DNA of 64,000 nt from a virus. Under the pieces are notes generated by a model that worked only from the letters and a program-made list of their open reading frames with translations, was not told where the DNA came from and made no database searches. Positions 27,856-38,000 of the stretch are shown here, one piece after another. Numbering within the stretch: the first letter of the stretch is position 1; each line of letters opens with the position of its first letter. The stretch lies in IMG/VR virus record IMGVR_UViG_3300025122_005608, positions 4,804-68,803 of that record; one strand, 5' to 3'. The position numbers and the translations under genes were made by a program.

Positions 27856-28741
27856 AATTTTAGTAACTGGAGGTTGTGGGTTTGTTGGGAGCCACTTAGT
27901 AGACAAACTAGTAAAAATGGGTTATCATGTCTTGGTTATTGATGATTTATCGGCTGGTAAAAAGGAATATTGCAACTCTCACGCGGAATATATTTTTGGT
28001 GATTTTAAAGACGTTCTATCCAGCGCCGCCGCCGCTTCTGTTATAAAAGACAAAATGGGGGCGAATATCGATATCATTTTTCACCTCGCCGCCCAGGCCA
28101 GAATTCAGCCTAGTTTTGAGTGTGCTGCATATACATATGAAAACAATTCGTTTGGAACTATGACTGTTTGTGAATATGCTAGAAAAAATAAATGTAAGGT
28201 GGTATATGCTGGATCTAGTTCGTTCTATGGAGGCACATATTTAAACCCATATACTTTTTCTAAATGGCAGGGGGAAGAAATTTGTAAGATGTATTCTAAG
28301 GTATTTGAAGTTCCCACCGTTATCGCTAGATTTTTTAATGTATATGGCACGCGCAATCCTCTTATCGGGCAATACACACCGGTTATAGGGTTATTTGAGC
28401 AGCAGACTATTAACGGGGAACCTTTGACTATCGTGGGGGATGGGGAACAGCGCCGGGACTTTACTCATGTAGATGATATTTGTAGAGGGCTCATAGCACT
28501 GTCCAAAGAAAAGTGGGTTGGTGATGTTTTTAATTTAGGTACAGGAACCAATTATTCTATAAAAGAAGTCGCTGATTTATTCGGTGGGCAAAAAAAATAT
28601 TTACCTTCCCGAACTGGAGAAAGTCAAGAAACTCTAGCTGACATATCCAAAACGATGGAAAAAACTAACTGGAATCCCCAGGTTAGGTTAACTGATTATA
28701 TTAAAATGTTTTTAGACGAAAATAAAAGGAGAATTAAATGA
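27848..28741 (+). CDS. NAD-dependent sugar epimerase/dehydratase
   Basis: VTGGCGFVG, FHLAA, YTFSK, RFFNVYG, GDGEQRRDF. Confidence 0.92.
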   Translation: MNKILVTGGCGFVGSHLVDKLVKMGYHVLVIDDLSAGKKEYCNSHAEYIFGDFKDVLSSAAAASVIKDKMGANIDIIFHLAAQARIQPSFECAAYTYENNSFGTMTVCEYARKNKCKVVYAGSSSFYGGTYLNPYTFSKWQGEEICKMYSKVFEVPTVIARFFNVYGTRNPLIGQYTPVIGLFEQQTINGEPLTIVGDGEQRRDFTHVDDICRGLIALSKEKWVGDVFNLGTGTNYSIKEVADLFGGQKKYLPSRTGESQETLADISKTMEKTNWNPQVRLTDYIKMFLDENKRRIK

Positions 28742-28953
28742 AATTTTCAGATCAAGCATTGGGTGCGATTATGATGTCTCTACAGAAGAGCCTTTTAGAG
28801 CAGAGCGATATTGTACCAGTTCTGCAGGGGTTTAAAATGAAAATGTCCCCAGAGGGAATTGTAGTTGTGAACCCGCCGCTCGTTAAATTAAATGAAGAAA
28901 CAACTTCTTCCATAGAAGAAGCTGCGCAAACCATGGAAGAAGAGAATGCCTAA
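28738..28953 (+). CDS. Hypothetical protein
   Basis: Translationally coupled 71-aa ORF with AGGAG RBS. Confidence 0.75.
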   Translation: MKFSDQALGAIMMSLQKSLLEQSDIVPVLQGFKMKMSPEGIVVVNPPLVKLNEETTSSIEEAAQTMEEENA

Positions 28954-29203
28954 ATACACTTATCGGTGTGATGAGTGCGAAAAGGTATTTGAAGTGGTTC
29001 ACTCAATAACTAAGAAATTAGAAAGTTGTGAAGAATGTGACGGCCTGTTGGTTAGAATACCCTCAGTTCTGTTTATTATACCAGGCCATACAAAGACCGT
29101 TTCCCCCCACAAGGTGGGAGATTTGGTAAGAAATCACATTGAGGAAACTAAAAATGAGCTTCGAAAAGAGAAAGAGAGAATAAGTTCTGAGGAATACAAA
29201 TGA
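28946..29203 (+). CDS. FmdB-type zinc-ribbon protein
   Basis: MP.Y.Y.CxxC...FE...CxxC. Confidence 0.8.
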   Translation: MPKYTYRCDECEKVFEVVHSITKKLESCEECDGLLVRIPSVLFIIPGHTKTVSPHKVGDLVRNHIEETKNELRKEKERISSEEYK

Positions 29204-29526
29204 TTATTTCATTATCAATACTGTTATGTCTGAGTATTGCGGCGAATGTACTATTAGTGTGGTACATTAAAAAAATGTTAAAAGAGCTGATTTTTACGTC
29301 GGATAATGTTTTGCAGCTGCGAGTTTCTATGGGTGACTTTGCCTCTCATTTAGAGGGGGTACAGAGTCAAGAAACTTATTATGGTGACCCCACCATCGAA
29401 GGGTTGATCAAACACTCTAAAGAGATTGTGGAAGAAATAAAAGATTTTGAAGACATCTATTCTTTAAGTCAGCAAGAAGCTCCACAAGACTTATTTGGCG
29501 AAGAGGAACATGGCCCAGAAAACTAA
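29200..29526 (+). CDS. Membrane-anchored hypothetical protein
   Basis: N-terminal hydrophobic helix; coupled to neighbours. Confidence 0.7.
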   Translation: MIISLSILLCLSIAANVLLVWYIKKMLKELIFTSDNVLQLRVSMGDFASHLEGVQSQETYYGDPTIEGLIKHSKEIVEEIKDFEDIYSLSQQEAPQDLFGEEEHGPEN

Positions 29527-30193
29527 AAAAAATTATTATTTTACACAAGTACATGAAAACGCAATAATTCAATATGCCTCATCGGTTGATAGAGAACTGA
29601 GAACAGAATTGTATATTGAGTATATTGGACCCGCTTTTAGCGAAATGGTAGACAAAATAATTTATACTTATAAATTTACGAATCTCCCAAACGTTGATGT
29701 TCTCAAAGATGAATGCAAAATCTGGCTCACAACAATATTAGAGAAATATGACCCTAATCGAGGCTCCAAAGCGTTCTCTTATTTCAGCGTTATTACTAAA
29801 AATTGGTTTATCCACAAAGTTAAAAAGAATTCTCAACAGACCAAGCGCGAAGTTAAATATGATGATATAACAAAGGATTTGGAGCAAGAACATCTGTCTA
29901 CGCACAATTCATATGAAAGGGACAGGGAAGAGCAAGAATTTTGGTTATACTTGTGGAAAGAGATTGATCGATGGGGTGAAGATAAGTTAAAACCCAATGA
30001 AGAAAGAGTGTTAAAAGCGGTTAGAATTCTTTTAGAGCATTCGGATGAGATTGAGATTTTTAACAAAAAGGCCGTTTATCTTTATTTGCGGGAACTAACG
30101 GGCCTCAACACCAAGCAAGTTGTCAACAATCTTAATAAGCTGCGCGTTAAATACAGATATTTCAAAAAAAATTGGCTTGACGGAAAGATATAA
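29510..30193 (+). CDS. Phage sigma factor-like protein (T4 gp55-like late sigma)
   Basis: YF...E, KYDPNRGSKAFSYFSVITKN (sigma region 2-like), C-terminal HTH-like segment; AGAGG RBS before ATG 29510. Confidence 0.7.
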   Translation: MAQKTKKNYYFTQVHENAIIQYASSVDRELRTELYIEYIGPAFSEMVDKIIYTYKFTNLPNVDVLKDECKIWLTTILEKYDPNRGSKAFSYFSVITKNWFIHKVKKNSQQTKREVKYDDITKDLEQEHLSTHNSYERDREEQEFWLYLWKEIDRWGEDKLKPNEERVLKAVRILLEHSDEIEIFNKKAVYLYLRELTGLNTKQVVNNLNKLRVKYRYFKKNWLDGKI

Positions 30194-30209
30194 AAAAGTT
30201 TCTTTTTTT

Positions 30210-30216
30210 CTATTTA
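30210..30216 (+). promoter_or_regulatory. Putative late promoter CTATTTA
   Basis: Same heptamer recurs before gp25 and the gp6-like gene; here 4 nt before the ATG with no RBS. Confidence 0.55.
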
Positions 30217-30220
30217 CAAT

Positions 30221-30517
30221 ATGAAGAAAGAACTTAAAAATCTCGATGCCTATCTTCAAGATGCAATCCAAAATATCGAAGAAGACAGGGCTATAACCAA
30301 AATGCTACTTCTAGATGCGGTACAATATGTTAAAAACTCCAAAGATAATCACAAGGATATAGGAAATATTGCCGCCAAATACGTTGAAACTCTCCAAAGG
30401 TCTAATGAGCAATTAGTAAAAATCGCTTCGTTGCTGCAAAAAAGAAGGGTAGAAACTCAAAATTTATCAGATAACGATAAAAATAAACTTTTTGATGTAA
30501 TAAAGGAGATCTCATAA
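30221..30517 (+). CDS. Hypothetical helical protein at the start of the structural module
   Basis: 98-aa ORF filling the gap between the sigma factor and the baseplate hub. Confidence 0.75.
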   Translation: MKKELKNLDAYLQDAIQNIEEDRAITKMLLLDAVQYVKNSKDNHKDIGNIAAKYVETLQRSNEQLVKIASLLQKRRVETQNLSDNDKNKLFDVIKEIS

Positions 30518-30518
30518 A

Positions 30519-33500
30519 ATGGCCAACCCCACCCCCCCAACCACTCCTCCAGCCTCTCCGGGGGCAAATTTAACTAACCTAGGTTTTGGTACTCTTAACG
30601 ATATAGGCAAACCAATTGGGGGCAATCGTCAGAGGCAAGATTCAAGCCAGACTTTTATGGATGCCGTCGCAGGCGCCGCCGATAATCAATATGGCCTTAA
30701 CGCGATAAATAATACGGGCCCGTATAAAGCAGTTGTTTTACGTATTGTTACGCCCGGGGGCGCAGACCCCGCACCGATTGCTGGTGGTTGGCTCTGGGGT
30801 ACTGGAATGCCGGATCCTCCTGTGTTGGTGCGGGTAAAAGCTAGAATTCCAGAAATTCATGCAGCGTTGCCCATTCCGGAGAGTCTTGCCCCCGGGGAAG
30901 GGCCACATCAACGCATTATTGATATGTATCCCACATTCGTGGCTCAGACAACCGATTTGACACCGGATGGTGTTGCGGTGGGAGATATTGTTTATGTTGA
31001 TTTTGGGAACAAAAACAAATGGACTGATCCTATATTAGTACGATATTTAAAAGGCACGAAACAGGGCGCCGGAGGCGCCGGTTCCGGCGATTGTTTCCGA
31101 CCTACATCTGGCGGCGGCGGCTTGTCACCACCACCGGGAGACGCACTTCCCGGGTCTAACAAGGCAGCTGCTAATTCGGGATTGCCTCTTTTGCCGCGAA
31201 AAGCAGCTAGCGTGGAATCCGGTGAATTTAAATTTATAGAGGGCGAAAAAGGCGGCTTTGTTAATACTAAGGCGGCCTGGGGGAAGGCAATTGAAGCTGC
31301 GAAACTTCCTGGTAAATTTTGGCTAGGGTCTTTAGAAGGGAATAGCGAAGATGATAGTCACAAGTCAGAATCTAAAATGCGCGATACTATTATATTTGCA
31401 CCAAATGTCACGGATGTAAGTTTTAAAGACGCAAAAGTGGAAGTTATTGTTTATTTGCATGATTTTAATGAATATGACGGCAAATCCTTTACAGAGATAG
31501 CCAACACTCTCAAAAAAATGGCTATGGTAGGAAGAAATTTTGTTTTAGTTATGCCAGAATTGCCATGGAGTTCTAACACTTCTACGCCTAATGGAAGGAC
31601 CGACGAGGGAATAGACGATTATAACGAGTGGTATGATAATGTGATGACAACGTTATCTACTATAACTGGCGGAACATTTGAAGATGGGTCGGAGAAATTG
31701 TATGTTTCGGTTATGGCAAAGAACGCCGGCGCCTATGTTATAAGAAATTCATCGGACACCGATGAATTCCACGGAACTGGAATGGCATCCTCAGACGCTG
31801 CCCAGAGAATTGTAATGTCGATACCAAAAGGCGCCGGCGGGGATATTGTCCCGATAGACTTTGATGAATTGATTGATGAGTGGCAAGCAGAGATAGATCC
31901 GGATGTAACTGAATGTGCTTTTCTGTGTCATACCTCAATGAAAGCACAAGTAGAATCAGAAATTCAAGATTTGAAAAATGATCTGGAAAGCGAAAATCGC
32001 CATAATGTTATTCTTCAAGAAATTCAGGATAGCACTCCAATTACAGCAGAGGCTATCTTAACATGGGTCAATGTGGAAAAAGCAAAAGCCAAAGAAGAAG
32101 AAGAAGTCGAGGCTAAAAAAGAAGCTGATAAAACTCCTGTGACTGATAAAGAGGCAGCAGAGGCAGATAATTCCCCGAAGCCACCGGAAACCGATCCAGA
32201 GAACCCAGCGCCTCAACCCGACGCTCAAGCGCCGCCCCCTAAAGACCCTCCCACTCCCCCCTCGGAGACGCCAAAAAAATCAGCAACGGATCCCAAAGAT
32301 GCTCCAACTATAAGTCCTGGAGTACCATGGCAAGAAAACCGAGTGAGGCTTAAAGAATATGGTGGGTCTTTGGTTGGGGCTGCTGCGGATGCCCTTCTTG
32401 TCAACATACCTGTAGAGTGGGTCACCAAGGCCAAGAAAGAAAAAGGCTTGAAACTTCACAAATTGGCCATGGCTCGTATGCAAGCAATACATGATGCCGG
32501 GAAGGAGGCGGGTCTGCAATTATTCGTATCAAGTGCGTGGAGAGAGCATAGGTGGAAAAGCTATGAGGATTACAAGAAAAAAGTAACAGCCGAATACGGC
32601 TGGCCCGAGGGAAAGGACTGGAAGGCATATAATTCTCCTCATGAAAGCGGCTTGGCCGTCGATTGGGGCCCCCCATCGGGATTAGAACCTTTAAAAGCCA
32701 CTATTTCAGCCCAAAAAAAGACCAAAGCTTTTGCATGGCTTAAAGAAAACGCACACCTGTTTGGACTTACACCGTACAAGAAAGAGCCATGGCACTGGGA
32801 AGTGCGACTCACCAAAGAAGCGTTTATGACTGGTGAAGAATTTGTGAACGTAGGAGAAATCCCTGCCTCATATAATGTTAGAGTTGATAGTTTGGGAACC
32901 ACCGACGCTCAGTTGCCTTCTGGTCCCGGATCCGGTGGTACTGGTGGCGGAAGCGGTGGAGGCGGAGGCGGAGCCAGTTGTCGCCGTCGTTCCGGCGGCG
33001 GAGGCGGAGGCCCATGGCCTTCTTCTGGTCCCGGCGCCTCTTTTGATAATGTGGGCTCCCCGGGGAAAGTAACCATCATACCGGGGCCAGCAATGCCCGC
33101 ACGCCGCCATGCTGCCGGTAAAAGTTGGCCAAAGAGAGAGATGCCTTTAAAATTATATGTTGCACATGAAACGGCGGGCTGGCCGTGTCGGGACGGCAAG
33201 ACATACGCCAAGAAGATGGGGTTGAATAACCCTAAATCTAGGTACCATGCTGATGCTGATTTAAAAGACCCATCGTATTGCCTTAATTGGAAAGCAGCTG
33301 GGTATGCGAAAAAACCAAAAGAATGCAAATCAAAAGCCAATAGCTTTGTTACTTATTGGACCGCTACCAACGGAGAAATAATACAAACAGGGCCGTTTAC
33401 ATCCCTGTGCTGGTCAGCAGGCCCGGTAAATGGTTTTGCGCAGGGTAATGAAGTTAGTAACAGGGTGCGCACCAAGAGTGTGCGCTCAGATGGCTCCGTA

Positions 33501-34124
33501 AAACTGGGGAGTCACATTCTTATCCGCCAGGATGACCAAGGGCACGTTCGATGTTTGTCAGGGTACGAAGGTAATGGCACCTACATGGGGAATTCAAATG
33601 AAGCCTATATGATAGGCAGTCAAGCCCAGTGGGAAGCAACGTGGAATCATTTTGTGTGGATAGCTAGTGGTGCTGATGGAATAGAAGGTTCTGAGATTAT
33701 CCAAATGGCGATGGCTTTCCCAGCCGTCATGTCAGATGACTATTTTGGCTGGTCACGTACTCCCGTAGGTCTTTCTCCCGGAGGCAACGCTGGCCATGGC
33801 GCATGGTGGAAGGCCCAAGGACAGAAAGATGATTGGAAAGGTGGGCTAGCCGCACATAATAATTGGTGTCATGCCGATGGGGCTTTTGGGGAATATTATT
33901 GTTTGGGCCGCGCCATGGGATACAATGCCGATGATGCTTATTACACGGCTGTCGGCGCTCTATGTTCTATGGCTGGGAAAGGAAAGAATCACACCGGTCA
34001 TGGTAAGAAATGTACCCGACATCCCGATGATGAATACAAACAAATGGGAAAAGACATTATGAGAGATGCGCCTCTGAGCCCGGCATATAATTCTCTTACA
34101 GATGATGACTATTGGGGATGGTAA
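30519..34124 (+). CDS. gp5-like baseplate hub/tail lysin: OB-fold plus M15 peptidase plus amidase-like domain
   Basis: AVVLR...RVKARIPE...VGDIVYVDF (gp5 OB-like); SAWR..SPHESGLAVD..EPWHWE (M15/VanY); YVAHET...GNE...AAH (Amidase_2-like). Confidence 0.75.
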   Translation: MANPTPPTTPPASPGANLTNLGFGTLNDIGKPIGGNRQRQDSSQTFMDAVAGAADNQYGLNAINNTGPYKAVVLRIVTPGGADPAPIAGGWLWGTGMPDPPVLVRVKARIPEIHAALPIPESLAPGEGPHQRIIDMYPTFVAQTTDLTPDGVAVGDIVYVDFGNKNKWTDPILVRYLKGTKQGAGGAGSGDCFRPTSGGGGLSPPPGDALPGSNKAAANSGLPLLPRKAASVESGEFKFIEGEKGGFVNTKAAWGKAIEAAKLPGKFWLGSLEGNSEDDSHKSESKMRDTIIFAPNVTDVSFKDAKVEVIVYLHDFNEYDGKSFTEIANTLKKMAMVGRNFVLVMPELPWSSNTSTPNGRTDEGIDDYNEWYDNVMTTLSTITGGTFEDGSEKLYVSVMAKNAGAYVIRNSSDTDEFHGTGMASSDAAQRIVMSIPKGAGGDIVPIDFDELIDEWQAEIDPDVTECAFLCHTSMKAQVESEIQDLKNDLESENRHNVILQEIQDSTPITAEAILTWVNVEKAKAKEEEEVEAKKEADKTPVTDKEAAEADNSPKPPETDPENPAPQPDAQAPPPKDPPTPPSETPKKSATDPKDAPTISPGVPWQENRVRLKEYGGSLVGAAADALLVNIPVEWVTKAKKEKGLKLHKLAMARMQAIHDAGKEAGLQLFVSSAWREHRWKSYEDYKKKVTAEYGWPEGKDWKAYNSPHESGLAVDWGPPSGLEPLKATISAQKKTKAFAWLKENAHLFGLTPYKKEPWHWEVRLTKEAFMTGEEFVNVGEIPASYNVRVDSLGTTDAQLPSGPGSGGTGGGSGGGGGGASCRRRSGGGGGGPWPSSGPGASFDNVGSPGKVTIIPGPAMPARRHAAGKSWPKREMPLKLYVAHETAGWPCRDGKTYAKKMGLNNPKSRYHADADLKDPSYCLNWKAAGYAKKPKECKSKANSFVTYWTATNGEIIQTGPFTSLCWSAGPVNGFAQGNEVSNRVRTKSVRSDGSVKLGSHILIRQDDQGHVRCLSGYEGNGTYMGNSNEAYMIGSQAQWEATWNHFVWIASGADGIEGSEIIQMAMAFPAVMSDDYFGWSRTPVGLSPGGNAGHGAWWKAQGQKDDWKGGLAAHNNWCHADGAFGEYYCLGRAMGYNADDAYYTAVGALCSMAGKGKNHTGHGKKCTRHPDDEYKQMGKDIMRDAPLSPAYNSLTDDDYWGW

Positions 34125-34127
34125 AAA

Positions 34128-35063
34128 ATGAGTAGTCTTTTTAAAAAAGCGGTTTCTAAAGCTGGTTCAAATCCTAAAGTAAAAAAAATTCTAGATGCAC
34201 AATCAACTGCCCAAAAGGTAAATAATAGTGGGATTGCGGGCGATGTAATATATGAGCCTATCCCCAATTTTCTTGAAACCCCTACTGATAAAGTCGTACA
34301 GAATAAGCATAATTCCTGGATTGTTTTAGGTAGAGACAGAGTGGCTAGTAAAATGAGCGGATATGGAGGCAAGGGGGATACTCAAGCAGCGTCTATAGAT
34401 ATTGTAGCAGGTAGAATGGGAAGCGATGTGAGAGCTTCCACCCCAGAGGGCGACGATCTTTGGGTTAATCCTAATTTCAAAAAAGATGCAGCTAGGATTT
34501 ATATCAGCCAGAAATCGGATATAGATAAATATTTTGATTTAGCTGATGGTGTTGTTGGTAATGCCGTCACCAAGTCTGGCATTGCTTTAAAAGCAGATGG
34601 CGTAAGAATAATCGGGCGAGAAGGAATTAAGCTTGTTACAAAGACCGATATGAAAAACTCACAAGGGAGTGAGATAAGAAATATTACTGGTATCGATTTG
34701 ATCGCTGGTAATGATGACGAAGATATGCAACCTCTGACGAAGGGCGCCAATTTAGTGGAAGCGTTGACAGCGTTGGTTGACCATGTGGACAACTTGAATG
34801 GGATTGTAGACAGTTTACTAATGGCTCAGAATGAATTAAATGATGCGGTGACGACACACTATCACACCTCCCCCTTTTTCGCGGCACCCACATTACCGTC
34901 TGAAATAGTAATGTCTAAAGGTATGAGCACTATGGCTTCTCATCTCACCAAAACAAAAACTAGCCTATTTAAGCATAAAGTTAATTTAGAATTATTTAAA
35001 AATAACTTTCTTAATCAATCGGGCGGTAAATATATTAATAGTAGATACAACCACACCAACTAA
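34128..35063 (+). CDS. Baseplate spike protein (gp5-C/gpV-like)
   Basis: Beta-rich repeats (ARIYISQKSDID, IALKADGVRIIGREGIKLVT) and an HYH (HxH) spike-tip motif at 34857-34865. Confidence 0.65.
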   Translation: MSSLFKKAVSKAGSNPKVKKILDAQSTAQKVNNSGIAGDVIYEPIPNFLETPTDKVVQNKHNSWIVLGRDRVASKMSGYGGKGDTQAASIDIVAGRMGSDVRASTPEGDDLWVNPNFKKDAARIYISQKSDIDKYFDLADGVVGNAVTKSGIALKADGVRIIGREGIKLVTKTDMKNSQGSEIRNITGIDLIAGNDDEDMQPLTKGANLVEALTALVDHVDNLNGIVDSLLMAQNELNDAVTTHYHTSPFFAAPTLPSEIVMSKGMSTMASHLTKTKTSLFKHKVNLELFKNNFLNQSGGKYINSRYNHTN

Positions 35064-35075
35064 AAGGTTATCCGA

Positions 35076-38000
35076 ATGGCAGCAGGTTATATAATAGGAA
35101 ATAATGGCACGTGGTACTTGGCCTCTGAAGAGGAATATTGGGCGAATTCTGCCGCGTTTGTTTCGAGCCTTGATACCAACAAGGGAACGGCCCAGGCTGT
35201 TGATAAAAAATCGGGTCTTTTTAAAATAACTGGTTTCGGTACAGGAATTCCTGTGTCTGAATGGGACGACGGCGCCAAGACTGCAGCCACCAATCCTGTA
35301 ACTACCGCTGCTAGAAATGCTATTATTAATGGGTTTATGGGTCTTTTTGGGAATGAAGATTTCTATTTGGGTCTTCTGGAAAAGGGGTATGTATATCAGC
35401 ATGCGTGGGATGTTGACATGGTATCTAAAGTGGGTGCCCTTAGCGGATTTGCCCCTCCTGATATCTGGTACAATAAAATTCGAGATTTGATAGAGGGTTG
35501 GGAAACAGAGCAAGCAGTATTGTATCCCAAACTTTTCCCCATGGTGATTGGGCGCCCGGATGCATATGAGAAGGGCAGCTGGAAGGCCGACATGAAGGAC
35601 CCAGCGCTCTACCCTCCTCCAAACTACGGCACTAATGCCATACCCTATATTGAAACGGCGAATATTAAAGGCCCACAGGGGAATGACAACCTTCCTTTTT
35701 GGGTTGACGGCGCTTTAGAGTGGTTTTCTAAATATGATGAGACTTTGGCGACAGAATTGGGCTTCGCTAGTAGTCAAAAAACGGGCACCGGCGGTGTATA
35801 CAAAACGGCTCCGACTCAATATGTGTATAAAGCACAATATTTTGTTCGCCTTTTCCACAAAGAGCAGGAAGGGGATAATATTAGTGTTAATTATCCCATT
35901 ATAGATGCTTTACAAAGTGTGGGCTTGATCTTTCATTCTCCGGACGTGGCTACACAAAAGTTATTAAATGACATTAAAAAACAAGAAGAGAAGGAAGAAG
36001 GTGTCGGCGGCGTAGAGGCTAAAAATCCCAACGAGCCCGATACGGATGACATCTATAGTCTGCTAGTAAAATTGAAAGGAACCGACTTAAGCAAGAATGC
36101 AGAGATAAAAAAGCTTTTACCAAACTCTTTGGCAGGAAGTAAATATGCCAACGCTCTTATAAATCTTCTGGGAGACGACGGCGAATACGATGTAGATACG
36201 GACATAATAGTAGGAGCCGTTGACAACCAAGAAATGATGGGAATTGGGGTTGGTGGAATTGGGGTTGGTGAAGGCGCTGGTTCTGTCGCCGGCAAGAATT
36301 GGTCCTCCTTTTTTAATGAAAATATGCCCGGAGCAGAAGGAGGCTTGCCTCCTTCGCAGTTGCCAAATCCCGACTCCATTCAGGCACTCTATCCGAATGC
36401 TACTCACTATGTGCTTATTAAGGAAACAACAGGAAATCCTCCGCAAGCAAAAACGGTAACCGATGTATATAATTTGCCGATAGCAAAATCGAAGGCTGGC
36501 AAATTGGCGACCGGGGACGTCGTTATTGTTAAAAAGGAATTTGTGGGGAAGGATGGGAAATGGCATCAAGTAAAGGTGTTGAAAAGTGATTCGTCGCTCG
36601 CAAATTCCAAAAAATCTCCGTTTATAAATTCCAGTTTTTTGCAAAAGCTGCCTGCAACGCCCTATTCTTTGAATAGATCTTACAAATGTAAAGCTGATCC
36701 AAAGTTCGACACTCCTGATTGGGCCAAGTTAGCAGATAAAGAGGTCTTTTTTGACAAAAGAAAATGCAATCAATGTATCGTTGTGGAGCCAGTAAATCCC
36801 AAGACGGGAAAAAGATATACAACCATAGTGGGCAATGAACTGGAGGAGGCAAAGCAAAGTGCCCTTTCCATCGGGATTGTTGAGTTATTAAAATTTTATA
36901 ATAAGAGGATGATCATAGATCCTAGCGATGGCGTTAACAAGACTTTAGAAAAGATATCGGGAGCCTTCCAAGGTCCTTATGTGGGCACTAATGACTGGTA
37001 TTTAGATAAGCGACCAAGTTCAAAATTAAAAATATTAGTTAAATTTCCTAGTAAATACTTTGACGCTCTGCCGGAAACGCCCGAAGATTTTAGGGGAGTC
37101 GCTCATACTAGTACTGCCACTTTGGCTTTGGAGTCCTCGGATGAAGAAATAGCTTTTGTAAAAGATATACCTTCTTTAAGAACGGTTCACTTTGTTTTAC
37201 CGACCTTGAAAGGTAAAATTGACATTCTTTCTAATCTAATGGAGTTTTACGCTAAAAAGATGGATGGATGGCTGGGCAAAATCCCCGGACTGGATCTCCG
37301 TAAAGAGAAGGCTAGGCTGGAAGATTTTCCTTTAGTTTTATTTCAGTTTTTACGCTTGAACGGGATTACTGTTGACGAAAAAGAAGAAGACACTATTGAA
37401 CTAGGGTTTGACGACACTTTCGAGCTACAATATGTACTAATAAACAAGACAGGTTTCGCGGCCCCTTTAAGAATAGGCTTTAACAGATTCAAGAGTAGGG
37501 CGCCCATTAATATTACTCGCACTATGGCATACATCTTTTATCTAGACGATCTTATAAGAGAAGCCCGAAAGAAAACTAAAATTGGGTGGATAGAGTTTGT
37601 ACAAAAATATACTTTTCCTGTGCCGGAAATACGCCCCGCAAATGTTGCCTCTGCCATCGATTCTATTTGCAGGGGAACCACGCCTACTAAAGAAGAATTT
37701 GCTGAAAAAATATCTAAGACTTATGACCAAGTAGAAGTCCAGACTACAAGAGGGATGAAAGAAGTTCAAAAGAAACTCGACAGCCCGACGATGAAAACAG
37801 AGCTAATAAATATTAGACGATCAGCTAAAAGTTTTGTAGGGGATGAGTTTACCAGACAAATTCCAGATTTATTAAAAAGAATAGATGATATCCCCACTAA
37901 TCTAGAGGGGATCAATGAGTTATATTCTTCAGTTTTAAATAAGACTGACATTAAAAATTTGGCTTCTTTGGCGGCTTCTACAGAAATATCTAAAATGCCC

